Shown here piece by piece: positions 11,501 to 21,105 of a stretch of 64,000 nucleotides of DNA (positions are counted from its first letter, which is position 1; the number at the start of each line of letters is the position of its first letter). The position numbers and the translations under genes were made by a program. Location: assembly GCA_000165345.1 (NCBI GenBank), contig CM000433.1, positions 704,001 to 768,000 of the forward strand. Reading direction: 5' to 3'. Below the pieces are notes generated by a model. That model searched no databases. It saw nothing but the letters and a program-made list of their open reading frames with translations, and had not been told where the DNA came from.

Positions 11501-14500
11501 TTTGGTATTTAATCCATTAAATAAAAATCTATCATAGTGTAAGTTAATTACCCAGTATAGAAACTCTTCCCTATTCAAAAATCCATCCTCATCCATATCA
11601 AAGAAGTCAAATATGAGCTTTACTTTAGCTTCATCTGATAAAGATTCACTTGGAGGAAAGATTGGAACTTTGACTATAGCACATTTGTACCAAGTTTCAA
11701 GCTGCAAAAAATCTTCAACTTTATATCCAAACCTTGGACCATACTTAACACCATCTTGTAAAAGAGCTACATCAAATCCTTCCAATAAGCCATCAACCTT
11801 ATCATTTTCAGAAATAACATCCTTAACTGTAGCTAATTTCATTCCATAATACATTCTTAAAGTCTCTTGAACTCCAATAATCTCTCCTTTTGAATTAATC
11901 CCAAATAAGCTTTTAGGTGCAACTGGCAATATCTTCAAATATTCCCATTTGGAACAATATAATGAACAATAATCAGATATTGGAAGCTTTGACCCATAAG
12001 ATTTAATTCTTGTACTATGCTTTAACTCCATTGAACCATCCAAAAAGTCTTTGAGAGCTTGTTTATTATTAGAATTCACACCTAATGATCCCTCTATTCC
12101 ACTTTTATCCCTTGAGATTTGTTGTTTTCCTACATTATTTAATATTGCTTTTGCCCATAAGTATTTGTGATTACTAATCTCACAATGTAATTGTTCAGAA
12201 ACTGCAGCTCTAAGATCATTTGGATCAGCAGAATTTGAATTACTAGTAAATGTTTGATTTGTTGCCTCAAACCAATGTCCTAATGCAATTGAAATCAAAG
12301 ACTGGAGATTTTCAGCAATAAATCTATCAACAATTCCTCTTGAAGAACTAAAGTTATTCCATAAGCTTACTATAACAAATCCCAAAGCCAAAAGCATTAC
12401 CACATAAGGAAGTATATTGTCTGAATTAATTAAAGAACCCAATAAGAACCATAAAAGGAACATTGAAATTGCTAATAATGTTAGAAACATTGAAAATAAT
12501 GTTACAAACATTCCAATTTCTTCAAAAAGTACCAACAATTTTATCCAGTAATACCTCAAATTCCTCCTCCATCTCCAAATTAAACCTTTACCTGTTATTT
12601 CTGAATCTTCATTATTCTCCTCTTGTCTTTTATTATAAGATGAAGGTGATGAACTGGAAGCAATGAATGTAGTATGAATAATTATAAGATGTAAAACTGA
12701 TAATATCAATAAGTATGGAATAGGAAATGGTAAAGACATAAAAAAGTCCCAAGTTGGATTATATACAATATCTGAAAAATAATTTGAACTGATATGAGAA
12801 TGTGGATTTGAAATGGAAAGAGTTGATAAGTAATTATAAACCAGAGTTAGTATGATACAAGTTACTGGGAATATTGAAAGTATTGAAATTTGAAAACCAT
12901 AAATCATTATATTTAGTATTACTGGTAAAATTGAAAATTGAAAAGAATACCAAATTTCATGTATTAATTCTTGTCTTTGTTTTATTTTTGCTATATATAT
13001 TGGAACTAATATTCCTCCATAACCAATATTATATCCTGAAATCCTATCAAGTTTTTCATTATTTACCCCATTAATAATATCTGAATCAATTATTTCAGTT
13101 CCTGATTTCTGTCTTAAATTTCCTTCATCATCTAATTGAGTACTACCAAGGTGTTCAGTTTCCCCTACTTTATTCCAATTTGATATTGTTGTTAATTCAG
13201 TATACTCACAATTACTATTTCTCATAGAATGGATTGATCCATCAATAACTTGGTTATTTGAAACACTATTCTTCAAATTTCGAATTAAATTAGTAGATGA
13301 ACGTTTTAATTGAGCAATTTTTAAAGACATTAAAGCTTTAGACCATCGTTGTTTTGATTTGGATATACTTTTTCTCTCTCTATCCTTGAGTTTTTGTTGT
13401 TTGCTGCTTTCTTTTGTTGTATATATTAGACTTAAAATAGCTTTCCAACTTCTGAACTTGCTTGATCTCCAAGTAGATTTTCTTCTGAAAACTGTTGAAT
13501 AATTTGAATGAACTAATAAACCCGAAGAAATATTAATAGTTTTCGCATCTTCATTTTTTTGGATTGAATTATAATCTTCTTTATTAAAGCAAAATAAGCA
13601 TTTCAAATTTGAGGAAAAGCTACATATTGAATTAACCATTTTTGAAATGGATATACTTCTTAAAAATAGCATTATAGAATCAATTTTGAAGTAACTGACA
13701 ACCTTAATTGTTAAAGGTAAGAATATACTAGTATCCAATATAATTCCATTCTTGAGCAAAAATCTATCAGGAGAAGACGACCACCAATAAGTTGAGTAAT
13801 TTAAAGTACAATTTTCAATAATGTCGATTGATTTTCTTTGAGATTTTAAAAATATACAATTATCCAATTCTTTATCTTCACCTCTTAATATATATCTACT
13901 TCCTGTAGTTATAGCCAATGCTTTAGCACTAATCATAAACTGGCCAGGACAGTAAGTTCCTCTTTGATGAGTTTCTGTAGGAATTGGTTTTCTTATATTT
14001 TCACAAACTCTTAAACTGCTAGGTGAAACCAGGAATCCATACTTATTTAAATCATTATAAGTAACAACTTCCATTTCAAGTCCAAATGTTCTGCAAAATG
14101 TTGCGTACAATAACTCAAATTCACTCAAAGTTGTTAATCTTATGACTTTGAATGAATTAGAAACTGCTACTATTATTTGTTTATTGCCTAATGAAGATCT
14201 TCTTCCTGCTCCTGTACCTGTACCTGTTCCTGACCCTGCAAGGAAATATCCAGAATTATCATGAGTAACTGATCCCTTTGGAACAAAGATTTTTCCTTGA
14301 ATAGTTACATTGGATGGAATATCATCTTTACTTACTGCCATAACTAAATAAACATCCCTTGAAGATGATCTTTGTGAAATAAATGGTACATCGACTGACC
14401 ATGCAAAAGTACCTGTATTTGGAATTGATTTGTCTCCATGCAAAGAAGTTAAATGTGTATCTGTATAATGATCAAAAATATGTAAATGCAACTTTTTAGG

Positions 14501-17500
14501 AATGTAGCTTGAACTATCCTTCTTTAACTCCCTCCAAATCCATGTTAATTGAGTATCACTGCCATTAATAATAATCTTACCAGGGATATCATTAGTGAAT
14601 CTTGGTTTGTTTGAGTTCAAGGCTGAGTTTGAAGAATTTGGAGTCTCTTTGTTCTTTTCCAAGTTGACAGGATCATTGTTTAACGCAGCTCCTCCTGTCT
14701 TTTGTCTATTAATGATTGAATTAGCTGAATGATTATATATCAAACGACCACTATTTTCATCACTTTTTTTTTTCACCATTTCAATATCAATACTTTCTAT
14801 ATTATTTAAAGGATTTGAGTCAATAATAATTTCCTCAGAAAGGTCATGCCTTAAATATTGAACCCAAAATGATCTATCTAAAAGCATTGAAAGCTCTCCC
14901 CATTGTCCTCCCTCTACATAATATAGTTTTACTGAAATATCCACAAACTTGTTAATAGAGACAGTATCGTTTGAAATTGTATCATGAACTTGAATGATAT
15001 CATTTTCTTGAAGTTCTGAATGATAACCCATTTTTGAATGAATTCTTCTGCCATGTACAACATCATCACTATCATCGTGCATGGCTACCAAATCCCCCTC
15101 AAAACTATCCTCATTATTGCTGTCATTAACTAACGATTTCCAAGCTATTTCTATCAATTTGGAGCATTTCACATCTCCATTTGCCACGACTTGGCCACTA
15201 TCTGCCTCTTGTAACTCAAACAATATTCGCTTTTGAGATATTAAACTTTGCTCCAAATATAAGCTGCTTGTTACTGCACATGAATTATTAACTTTCTCAT
15301 CCCTTCCAAATCCCCCAATACTCAATCTACGGCTTTCCCCCTTAGAATTGTGATTTATCTTATTACGAAGAATATAAACATTATTTCCTCCTCCTAATTC
15401 TCTCCCATTCACTGTATTCACATTTTCATTATAGTTACCAAATAAGTTAATATTTTCCAAACAGCCCTCAATTCGAACCTTATCTGTATCGAATGACTTA
15501 TTCTTAAATGTATAACTCTTAAGTGAGGAAAAATCATCCTCTTCTTCTGTAATGCTGGATGCATGCAAACTGCCAAACCTTGCCGCCGAACGTCCCTCCC
15601 CAGCTCCACCTTTACTTGTATAATTCTCAGAAATCTTCCCTGCTCCTCCGCTCACTCCACTTGAAATCTCGCTTGTGACAAACTCATCCGGAAAATCTCT
15701 CACTAATCTTGCTATCAACACATACTTTTTATTCCCTCTCACCTCTGAATACCCACATTCAATACCGGAACTATAGTTTGGCGCGCGCGCCTCTCTGTTA
15801 ATGCTTTGGTTAGAGAAGGACCTTTCGAATCTTTGTTCACCATTTATGTCAGTGACTATTCCATCCATTTTGTGAGCTGAGTTGGTCATTTCTTCCCTTC
15901 CAAATACTCCCATATTGTTGCTTTCGTCATTTATTAAATTATTTTTATCGTCATCATCATTATCCTCGAACCCATAATCAAAAATGTTTTCTTGAGAAAT
16001 GCTATTACGTTTCTTCCTCTTCCCACCAAGAACATCAAAAATTATTATCTCAATATCTCTAAAATAGAACGGAATTCCGAAAGGAGAGTAGTGATCTGTG
16101 TTTTTGTTTATGAATAAATTAAGTGAGGATCTTTTCTTAGGCAAAAACCTCCTTAAGAAAAGTAGTGGGAAATCTACAAACTTCATCTTGTTTCCTGGAA
16201 TAATCTCATTACTCCAATTGCTCTGCTCAATAATATGGCCAGAAGATGATATTCTTAGAATTCTTAATCTATACTTTTGATCAGAAATTAGTTCATATGG
16301 CATTGTCACCTCAAAGATGCATTTATCATTATATTTCATTGGAACAAACAACTCTTGTTGATTTCTTCCCAAATGTGTAGTTAATGACGCCTCGTTTGCT
16401 GGAATATAAAGGAAGAATTCAGAAAGCCCTGACTCATTTGTTACTTTCTCTTCATAACTATTGCTATTATTCCCACTATATTGAGATAAGTTCTCTACCT
16501 GTTTAATATATATACAAAGCTTCTCATTATCACGCCTTTTTTGTCTCTGATTCCATCTCAATAATAATCCAAAGCTTGGCCATTGAATTGTAGAAACCAT
16601 TACAATCCATTCTGCAGCCTCTGATGTCCTAAAATCATGATTTAGACGGTGTGAAGCCGTACTTACTAGTTGCATTTCTCTAATACCTGTTAAAAACCAT
16701 GGGAAAACATAGTAATATAGTACCCACATTGCTGCTGCTGCTACCAAAATACCACATAATATATTCAAAGATAGAGAAACTATGTAACCTTGTAAGTCAT
16801 TTGCTGTTACAAGGTCTTTTAATATTGCATCATTTTCAGCTGTAAATATGTATTGTTCGATTGTCTGATATGGATTATCGGATAAGACTTGTGGATTAGA
16901 TTCAAAATCATCATCTGCTAACATAGAACTTTTTAGAATCTTCTTGGATAGTTTGCTCCAGCCTGGAATTAACCATCCTGGGAATATTATACCCTCTAAA
17001 AATGATATCATTGAGGAAAACAATTTAAATACTTTCTTTAGTTGACTTTTTAATTTCTTCATTACCCATTTTGTCGTTAAAAACAAGTTATCAAATATGC
17101 CAACCTTATTTCTTTCTCCTAATCCCAACCCTGAATTATAAGCCTTAATTTCTTCACCATCATTCTGAGTCCATACAATTACGCTTGGTTGTTGAGCTAT
17201 GCCTACGATTGCTGTATTTATTACACTAAAGATGTTTTCAGTTATTGAAGATTCACAAGCTTTAATTCTACTTGATTTCCCCATATAATTGCCTACATCA
17301 CTTATACTTTTGATATTTGCAATATCTTCATGAATATTTGAGTCCTGGTTAATGTAATAATCTTCACTTATATTTTCATCAATGTAAATTGACTCATGTA
17401 AGTTATTTGAAAGTAATCTTGGTCCATTCTTAATTCCAAATATCTTCTTCAAATCGCTTAATTTACTTTCTTGCTTATTTTTCTCACCATTAGAGGATTT

Positions 17501-19891
17501 TGAATCATCTGGACCAATCATCTTTGATATTCTGCTTGTCATATTTGCCAGTATTCCTCCTTTCCCTTGACCTTCTACTTTATCATCAGAATTTTTATGA
17601 ATTATATTATCAGCTATTCCAATATCCTTACTGATACTTTGATTAGTTATATTTGCATAAATTCCACTAATTCCTCCATTAATATTACCTGTATTAGAAG
17701 GATTATCATCAACATTGATTACATCTAGATCTTCCAAATCTGAATGACTCACTGGAACCATACACCTTAATCCAAGAATATGAATAAATAGAGTGTATAT
17801 CCTTGGCATTAAAAGTCCTCCTGATAATAAAACCAAAGCATATGGATCTCGAATAAAAGCTCTTGAAGATACTGCCTTCCAAGTTCCCCTAGGATATTCT
17901 CTATTTCCTAAAACATTAATATAAAGTACCCATGGACTTGCAAGATCCTCTTGAAGCCATTTTGAAAACCCATTAAATCTTGATTTTGAAAACGCAAGTA
18001 AATGTGGATCTTTCCATTGGTGTCTTCCTGCCCAAGTAATAAGTTCATCCGATATGTTATTAAAATCTGAACTTGATTCAAAGTTTGAATAAGCATTTAT
18101 ATATACTGGTGGAATACTTCCTTGAATGTTAATTCTTGTATTAATTGAAGAACCTGAAAGTTTATTATCCAAGAATGATGAATCTGGATTCAGAGTTGCA
18201 ACAACTGATGCAGTTTTATAATACCCATGACCATCTAAATCATTTGATTTGCTTTCAAGCTTGACTTTAACATGCTCAGCTCTAAAAACTGCTAATTCTG
18301 CAATTCTGACTGGCATAGTAACAACAATTGGTGTTCTACTATTAATATATATTGGAGCTCCTCTACTTTCTATAAACACATTCCTACGACCTGAATCTTG
18401 GAGATTTGGGAGATCTATAGAAGCCCAACCATCTGAAATTGTGAGTGAAATATTTGGTGAATATACATCTTTTAAATCAAAAGTCCCATGTAATGCTTCC
18501 AAGTGAAATAGTGATTTAGCCTTGATCGGAATCGATGACGAAACTCTCATATATGTTGAAGATGGCACAAACTTGACAGAAAGTTCGTCAAACTGGAAGT
18601 TATTTGCCAAGAAAAAGTTTATTGAACATTGAAAATAATCACCAGTATTAGTTTGGTGTAATTTTATTGATAAATTTGAATCATTATTAAAATTCCAAGG
18701 TCTAGGACTTGAATCACAGTATTCTTTATAATCCTTCCAAGAAATATTCTTTATATTATAATCACTATAAGTATCCCATGGAAGAATATATCTTTTCAAT
18801 ATCCAGAAGAAAGTTCCGTGAGAGCATATATATTCGAACTTATCTTTCTTCCTAGATGGTATACTGTACCTTCCAGAACTACCATAGTACATATGTGATT
18901 TGGAAAATAATCTCCAAGATCTAACTTTAATATAGCTCAGATCACTAGTTGAATTAAGGAATTGAATATGGCAATGTTTAACATCCAAAGTTACATTTAG
19001 TGGTCTATTTATTGAATTTTCAAAAATATCAGAGTCTTGTTTAATATTGAATAAAGGAAAAAGCTTCTTTAATAAGTTACTTTTACCTATTAATCCCATA
19101 TCATTGTTACCAGTTCTTGATACCACTGTTGGATTCTTTGATCTCAGTAATGAAGGAACTAATCCTTCAGTTTGTTCATTCTTTGACTCAAAAATACTTC
19201 CCAAAGGGTATAATGGAATAATATCATTAACAATATACTCATCTAGAAATATTGAAAAAGTATAAACCATTGAAATTAAAAAGAATATCCAAAGAAATAA
19301 AATTGGACGTACATTCAATTTTTGTAATGTGATTACTGGAATTCCAAAAGATACCGGAAATTCCCTTATTACTAAAAATTCGGAGCTTGGTAAACTTAGT
19401 ATTTCTCTCTTTTGAATACGTCTCGATTTTCCTCTGCTCTTTAATAACATCAATAATTCACGACTATTATCTTCATATATTTCGTCTTCAGAATCCAATT
19501 CTTCAGATTCTGTTTCGTCCTCACATTCTTCAAGGCCATCATCTAACTCATCATCAGAATTCTCTTCTGCTTCATTATAATCTCTTTCTTTCAGATCCCC
19601 TCCTTTTTGGTCAGCAGATAATCCATATTTATTAAATACCCTGCTTTCATAATTCTCACTATTCATTAACTTTCCATTTATCAGCTCCCTTTCCACATCT
19701 AAATAGTCACTATTAATAATTTGGTGAAATTTTGTGATAATACAATCATCATATTCTTCTTGCTCTAGAACATGATACTTTTCTGGTCTTACTGTTGCAC
19801 TTTCTATATATTCATCTGGGTACTTTTCATATTGTTCTAAAGCTCTTTCAGAATGAGGTCTTTGACAAATTCTAGAATCATAATCCACCAT
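5549..19891 (-). CDS. Giant 4780-aa multi-pass membrane protein with EF-hand motifs (function unknown, possibly channel-like)
   Basis: Single ATG-initiated ORF on the minus strand. An acidic N-terminus is followed by a TM helix (ILFLWIFFLISMVYTFSIFL). Dense TM cluster around nt ~12400-13030 (RISGYNIGYGGILVPIY...LLALGFVIVSLWNNF). Canonical EF-hand loop FDFFDMDEDGFLNREEF at nt ~11575-11625. Second EF-hand DLMDLNQDKSLDLQELLDGF plus C-terminal TM helices at nt ~6600-6830. Long Asn/Ser/Gly-rich low-complexity tracts. Confidence 0.85.
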   Translation of the reverse strand: MVDYDSRICQRPHSERALEQYEKYPDEYIESATVRPEKYHVLEQEEYDDCIITKFHQIINSDYLDVERELINGKLMNSENYESRVFNKYGLSADQKGGDLKERDYNEAEENSDDELDDGLEECEDETESEELDSEDEIYEDNSRELLMLLKSRGKSRRIQKREILSLPSSEFLVIREFPVSFGIPVITLQKLNVRPILFLWIFFLISMVYTFSIFLDEYIVNDIIPLYPLGSIFESKNEQTEGLVPSLLRSKNPTVVSRTGNNDMGLIGKSNLLKKLFPLFNIKQDSDIFENSINRPLNVTLDVKHCHIQFLNSTSDLSYIKVRSWRLFSKSHMYYGSSGRYSIPSRKKDKFEYICSHGTFFWILKRYILPWDTYSDYNIKNISWKDYKEYCDSSPRPWNFNNDSNLSIKLHQTNTGDYFQCSINFFLANNFQFDELSVKFVPSSTYMRVSSSIPIKAKSLFHLEALHGTFDLKDVYSPNISLTISDGWASIDLPNLQDSGRRNVFIESRGAPIYINSRTPIVVTMPVRIAELAVFRAEHVKVKLESKSNDLDGHGYYKTASVVATLNPDSSFLDNKLSGSSINTRINIQGSIPPVYINAYSNFESSSDFNNISDELITWAGRHQWKDPHLLAFSKSRFNGFSKWLQEDLASPWVLYINVLGNREYPRGTWKAVSSRAFIRDPYALVLLSGGLLMPRIYTLFIHILGLRCMVPVSHSDLEDLDVINVDDNPSNTGNINGGISGIYANITNQSISKDIGIADNIIHKNSDDKVEGQGKGGILANMTSRISKMIGPDDSKSSNGEKNKQESKLSDLKKIFGIKNGPRLLSNNLHESIYIDENISEDYYINQDSNIHEDIANIKSISDVGNYMGKSSRIKACESSITENIFSVINTAIVGIAQQPSVIVWTQNDGEEIKAYNSGLGLGERNKVGIFDNLFLTTKWVMKKLKSQLKKVFKLFSSMISFLEGIIFPGWLIPGWSKLSKKILKSSMLADDDFESNPQVLSDNPYQTIEQYIFTAENDAILKDLVTANDLQGYIVSLSLNILCGILVAAAAMWVLYYYVFPWFLTGIREMQLVSTASHRLNHDFRTSEAAEWIVMVSTIQWPSFGLLLRWNQRQKRRDNEKLCIYIKQVENLSQYSGNNSNSYEEKVTNESGLSEFFLYIPANEASLTTHLGRNQQELFVPMKYNDKCIFEVTMPYELISDQKYRLRILRISSSGHIIEQSNWSNEIIPGNKMKFVDFPLLFLRRFLPKKRSSLNLFINKNTDHYSPFGIPFYFRDIEIIIFDVLGGKRKKRNSISQENIFDYGFEDNDDDDKNNLINDESNNMGVFGREEMTNSAHKMDGIVTDINGEQRFERSFSNQSINREARAPNYSSGIECGYSEVRGNKKYVLIARLVRDFPDEFVTSEISSGVSGGAGKISENYTSKGGAGEGRSAARFGSLHASSITEEEDDFSSLKSYTFKNKSFDTDKVRIEGCLENINLFGNYNENVNTVNGRELGGGNNVYILRNKINHNSKGESRRLSIGGFGRDEKVNNSCAVTSSLYLEQSLISQKRILFELQEADSGQVVANGDVKCSKLIEIAWKSLVNDSNNEDSFEGDLVAMHDDSDDVVHGRRIHSKMGYHSELQENDIIQVHDTISNDTVSINKFVDISVKLYYVEGGQWGELSMLLDRSFWVQYLRHDLSEEIIIDSNPLNNIESIDIEMVKKKSDENSGRLIYNHSANSIINRQKTGGAALNNDPVNLEKNKETPNSSNSALNSNKPRFTNDIPGKIIINGSDTQLTWIWRELKKDSSSYIPKKLHLHIFDHYTDTHLTSLHGDKSIPNTGTFAWSVDVPFISQRSSSRDVYLVMAVSKDDIPSNVTIQGKIFVPKGSVTHDNSGYFLAGSGTGTGTGAGRRSSLGNKQIIVAVSNSFKVIRLTTLSEFELLYATFCRTFGLEMEVVTYNDLNKYGFLVSPSSLRVCENIRKPIPTETHQRGTYCPGQFMISAKALAITTGSRYILRGEDKELDNCIFLKSQRKSIDIIENCTLNYSTYWWSSSPDRFLLKNGIILDTSIFLPLTIKVVSYFKIDSIMLFLRSISISKMVNSICSFSSNLKCLFCFNKEDYNSIQKNEDAKTINISSGLLVHSNYSTVFRRKSTWRSSKFRSWKAILSLIYTTKESSKQQKLKDRERKSISKSKQRWSKALMSLKIAQLKRSSTNLIRNLKNSVSNNQVIDGSIHSMRNSNCEYTELTTISNWNKVGETEHLGSTQLDDEGNLRQKSGTEIIDSDIINGVNNEKLDRISGYNIGYGGILVPIYIAKIKQRQELIHEIWYSFQFSILPVILNIMIYGFQISILSIFPVTCIILTLVYNYLSTLSISNPHSHISSNYFSDIVYNPTWDFFMSLPFPIPYLLILSVLHLIIIHTTFIASSSSPSSYNKRQEENNEDSEITGKGLIWRWRRNLRYYWIKLLVLFEEIGMFVTLFSMFLTLLAISMFLLWFLLGSLINSDNILPYVVMLLALGFVIVSLWNNFSSSRGIVDRFIAENLQSLISIALGHWFEATNQTFTSNSNSADPNDLRAAVSEQLHCEISNHKYLWAKAILNNVGKQQISRDKSGIEGSLGVNSNNKQALKDFLDGSMELKHSTRIKSYGSKLPISDYCSLYCSKWEYLKILPVAPKSLFGINSKGEIIGVQETLRMYYGMKLATVKDVISENDKVDGLLEGFDVALLQDGVKYGPRFGYKVEDFLQLETWYKCAIVKVPIFPPSESLSDEAKVKLIFDFFDMDEDGFLNREEFLYWVINLHYDRFLFNGLNTKYQDIIDYFNSICNTNVDDQQGFSVEDIIILYSLYPGNLDSDYEKVIPIRGGTSENEGEMIMSQAHDQFIIDRGVIDDKGAQENGGIDEEEYDDEFSEDIFNASSCHTIKTGFKPMIDQKGYLWIDLLSSSFENSKKNTGNHFHFGKVVNDSDIGVITGDLNNLKLCSLNHYGRSSSSTFEGVGDSFGGFSIRGKSSNNISNNIRGGVGNSSKHTKFQLLREMNVQKLKYIFTFATRNLRTPDIDTALRDIHSLAYKVFDAQVALLIPIFGRRNVLTFGNSHSLSNDDLDIINDGNIISNSTFHDEYSFSGSLSMFEKQGNNLNIIGRTGSSNRNFKTSSSTWLLNQSNSNLNNGSSSSFINAASSSSMIANPAGGGGGGIGGTTTNINGNGLKDNGIGGDSACIKSMTSQNKNSDNDTTKFLQLMRILHNEIRQDIWILFNHIIGRLFDKSRVKKGADHFLDIVYPKLIRRKAARIVNIFYGPSLNELSLSIHEYFVSAPPKTAAQVVDALKEYRVENQRNVKDTLEIISLSQGNASLQFQVSLITKALYALSVLKDTDVDMLTVDIPWKRSHSLITEEVLILPRNHQGMKVILGAIQTVLRRANSITSSRSGGVLVSDFSNSNQNISSVGKNQKNNANIIHQREVKTSVEVFHSALVDSKMSEINGILIGGGATGNGEGDGGAGGVTNSSSSNNTIEFSETTLEQVIQVIVSKYLWMDAFIFLIRLCGINLSTDRLPSVTYDNSVSLTNLNYIEERNLQHVKSVFTKLSNGSGFLPVELSDLALQTLTERCLNFSGLLVSMHFLGLISNNMLLMGSGNPLERLSELGLGPNINVFHIHKSTNFDNIISNSINGGIIGGQGSLLSNQSNIFGTAMNDKVHGRGGDLGIGNLDDIGFSLQGLAGGGERGDLPFSGTTLGGGVTILEDGFLNKMIPERSSNYGELLDWTLLSNVKGIPEDVVKDFHKIAVLRCGFIGRSQLHEYIKDHKRLYIHKTTDLSYLESVNKSSGGQKGSNKGEIEQGKLLLFSRSQSNNFNQLNNNNIQDTNEDEGVTSNNKKMINKNQDDYFEKMTGSSNKMVDFNISFDIFDTTLTTLGFSSHKLQSYILWLLLCLNLNMGTVRPFVNASLARDFIIMVYLQPIYKNNGEEEYLSGRRMSNVGCNNPNNSTNNNVNKGSNSNENSVNNTTYGGTGLFRGVGMTISGSNLISGTFKSSLYEVTNQNKQHFDAQDVHSYRGYFTHEMLRRFLALAKITIPNSGVESIWKSLPKDPLNITSFIVPYRDYGKNMEREAEEDEQMNSRGVLEDGMNKYLRARGNRKGEEHYMYEDEDYERDEYNSEQQLMNRGGGLIGIHNKGFEHYEAFGEGIAEKDKIGGESKYKLKPGYQIEGELGSSSKKKFSKRMSIGGRFRRDKKIGNNLMNQFEDSMENMESYIRKSKIRNNLKESVHLRILMDPTGMDPMEGVVINIDSVRRLLPKKLMTGLWPEAIKVVLNIGLHLEKPESSIIEATSKCLEYSNRYGLIRPGDMVSILAALSKEGLSFDLLCELLNNMRIQLPVREVKRMFDLMDLNQDKSLDLQELLDGFEVLFGLFLPQLVHDHVGLSYERQGLIIMATSASLLLFCIFVGIAIKTFEGMRNELSTAVQSVLAIVGAVGLQTGASQDSKEIEERMKERIEDIMGGDIETSMSQIELGEDSQYSSNSENILVLREKKSSSRIISKNKNYNKGGGTGGTPNGLIIITEKGPILKIGYSLPSKFRSDVNDPRPCITFYSQDQVNLEPIFYCSKGIINQQHNIFIEDDVSKRWCIKPALPKYTGLTFSTETGIISGTIPAHTQNKIGYIRRVSSTLENDERHSSLIRNSIINMNEGANQTMNNSNSSDINTGMNKSQKKLLNNIKNLSNESDNNLGSLGKAGGGTGIEIDMIAKELLKNNNNREDLVMPYGGQLVQMNRKTFTIYCIISELDEKVVFKTRVTFQIVPRTRTQKS

Positions 19892-21105
19892 TTCTTCTGT
19901 ATTTTAGTATTTTCTTGCTTTTAATTGTTTTTATACCCAAATCTTAAGTTCCCTATTTCATTTTACTTTGGTATTTAATTATATTCTTAGAGGCTCAGAG
20001 CCATTTCCTTAAAAGTATATTTGACTTTTTGGTCAAAAGATTGAAATACTCAATTTCCACTGTTTTAATCCTTTAAATAAATATTTTTATTTTAAATTGC
20101 ATGTATTCAATTTCTATTTTTAATTTATTGATTTCTCCGCTTTTTTCTCCCCTCTCATCCCCACCCCCTACATGCTTTTTTTTACGTTTGCCAAAAAAAG
20201 CTTTTTCACTAGATAAAATATAACTTTCACTATTTTTCTCCTTAATTAAATTTCACTCACTATTTTGTTTTATACTTCTAAATCCCAACTTATTACAAAA
20301 TATGAAAATAAGAATTAGATTTTTTAAAAAAACAAAAAAATGAATTTCCCCACACATATGGAAATAATTATTAAAAAATCGCAACCAATTATTCTAAATA
20401 AATTGGCAGCTGCTATGCATGCACACATTTCTAATTCAATATATACAAGCGCATGCAAATTCAGACTTACATATTAGGTAATTACAATTGACATTTCTAT
20501 AAGAAAAGATTGTATTATGAGGAAAAAAAGACTTACAATACTATGATTTCACTGCTTTATCTGACAATTTAAAAAAAATTCGAAACACAATCTATATTAT
20601 CACACATTATAATTCACCTTGTAACAATAATTAATACATTCTTTCCTATTCCCTTTTTAATTTCCCTTTCATAAATAATCTTACGTGTCCGCATGCGATA
20701 TTAAAGAGGCGGGTACGGTTTATGACATTGCATGCATCCACAAACATGCAAAATAATTAGAGAAAAAAAATTGGTGGGTTGAGTAAAAAAAAAGGGAAAA
20801 TTTTGATAATAACAAAAACAAGTAAATATTTTCTACAATCCCAAAGAGTTATCTATCGTTTTTTTTCGCACAGAATATGTAATATTAAATGAAATGTCAA
20901 TCTATTAAGATTTTGGAGTTGAATTTCAGGATTAGTATTCTCTCCACAAATCTTGAAGTAGGAGTTTTCCCATAATACAATTTGAGAATACCTGATTTCC
21001 TTTCAAGATATTAATGGAATCTTCGATATGAATACGCCTTATGGTATATAAGTAAACTGGCATCAGATTTTCTCGTTAATGAAATCTCTATTTGAATTCT
21101 ATATA

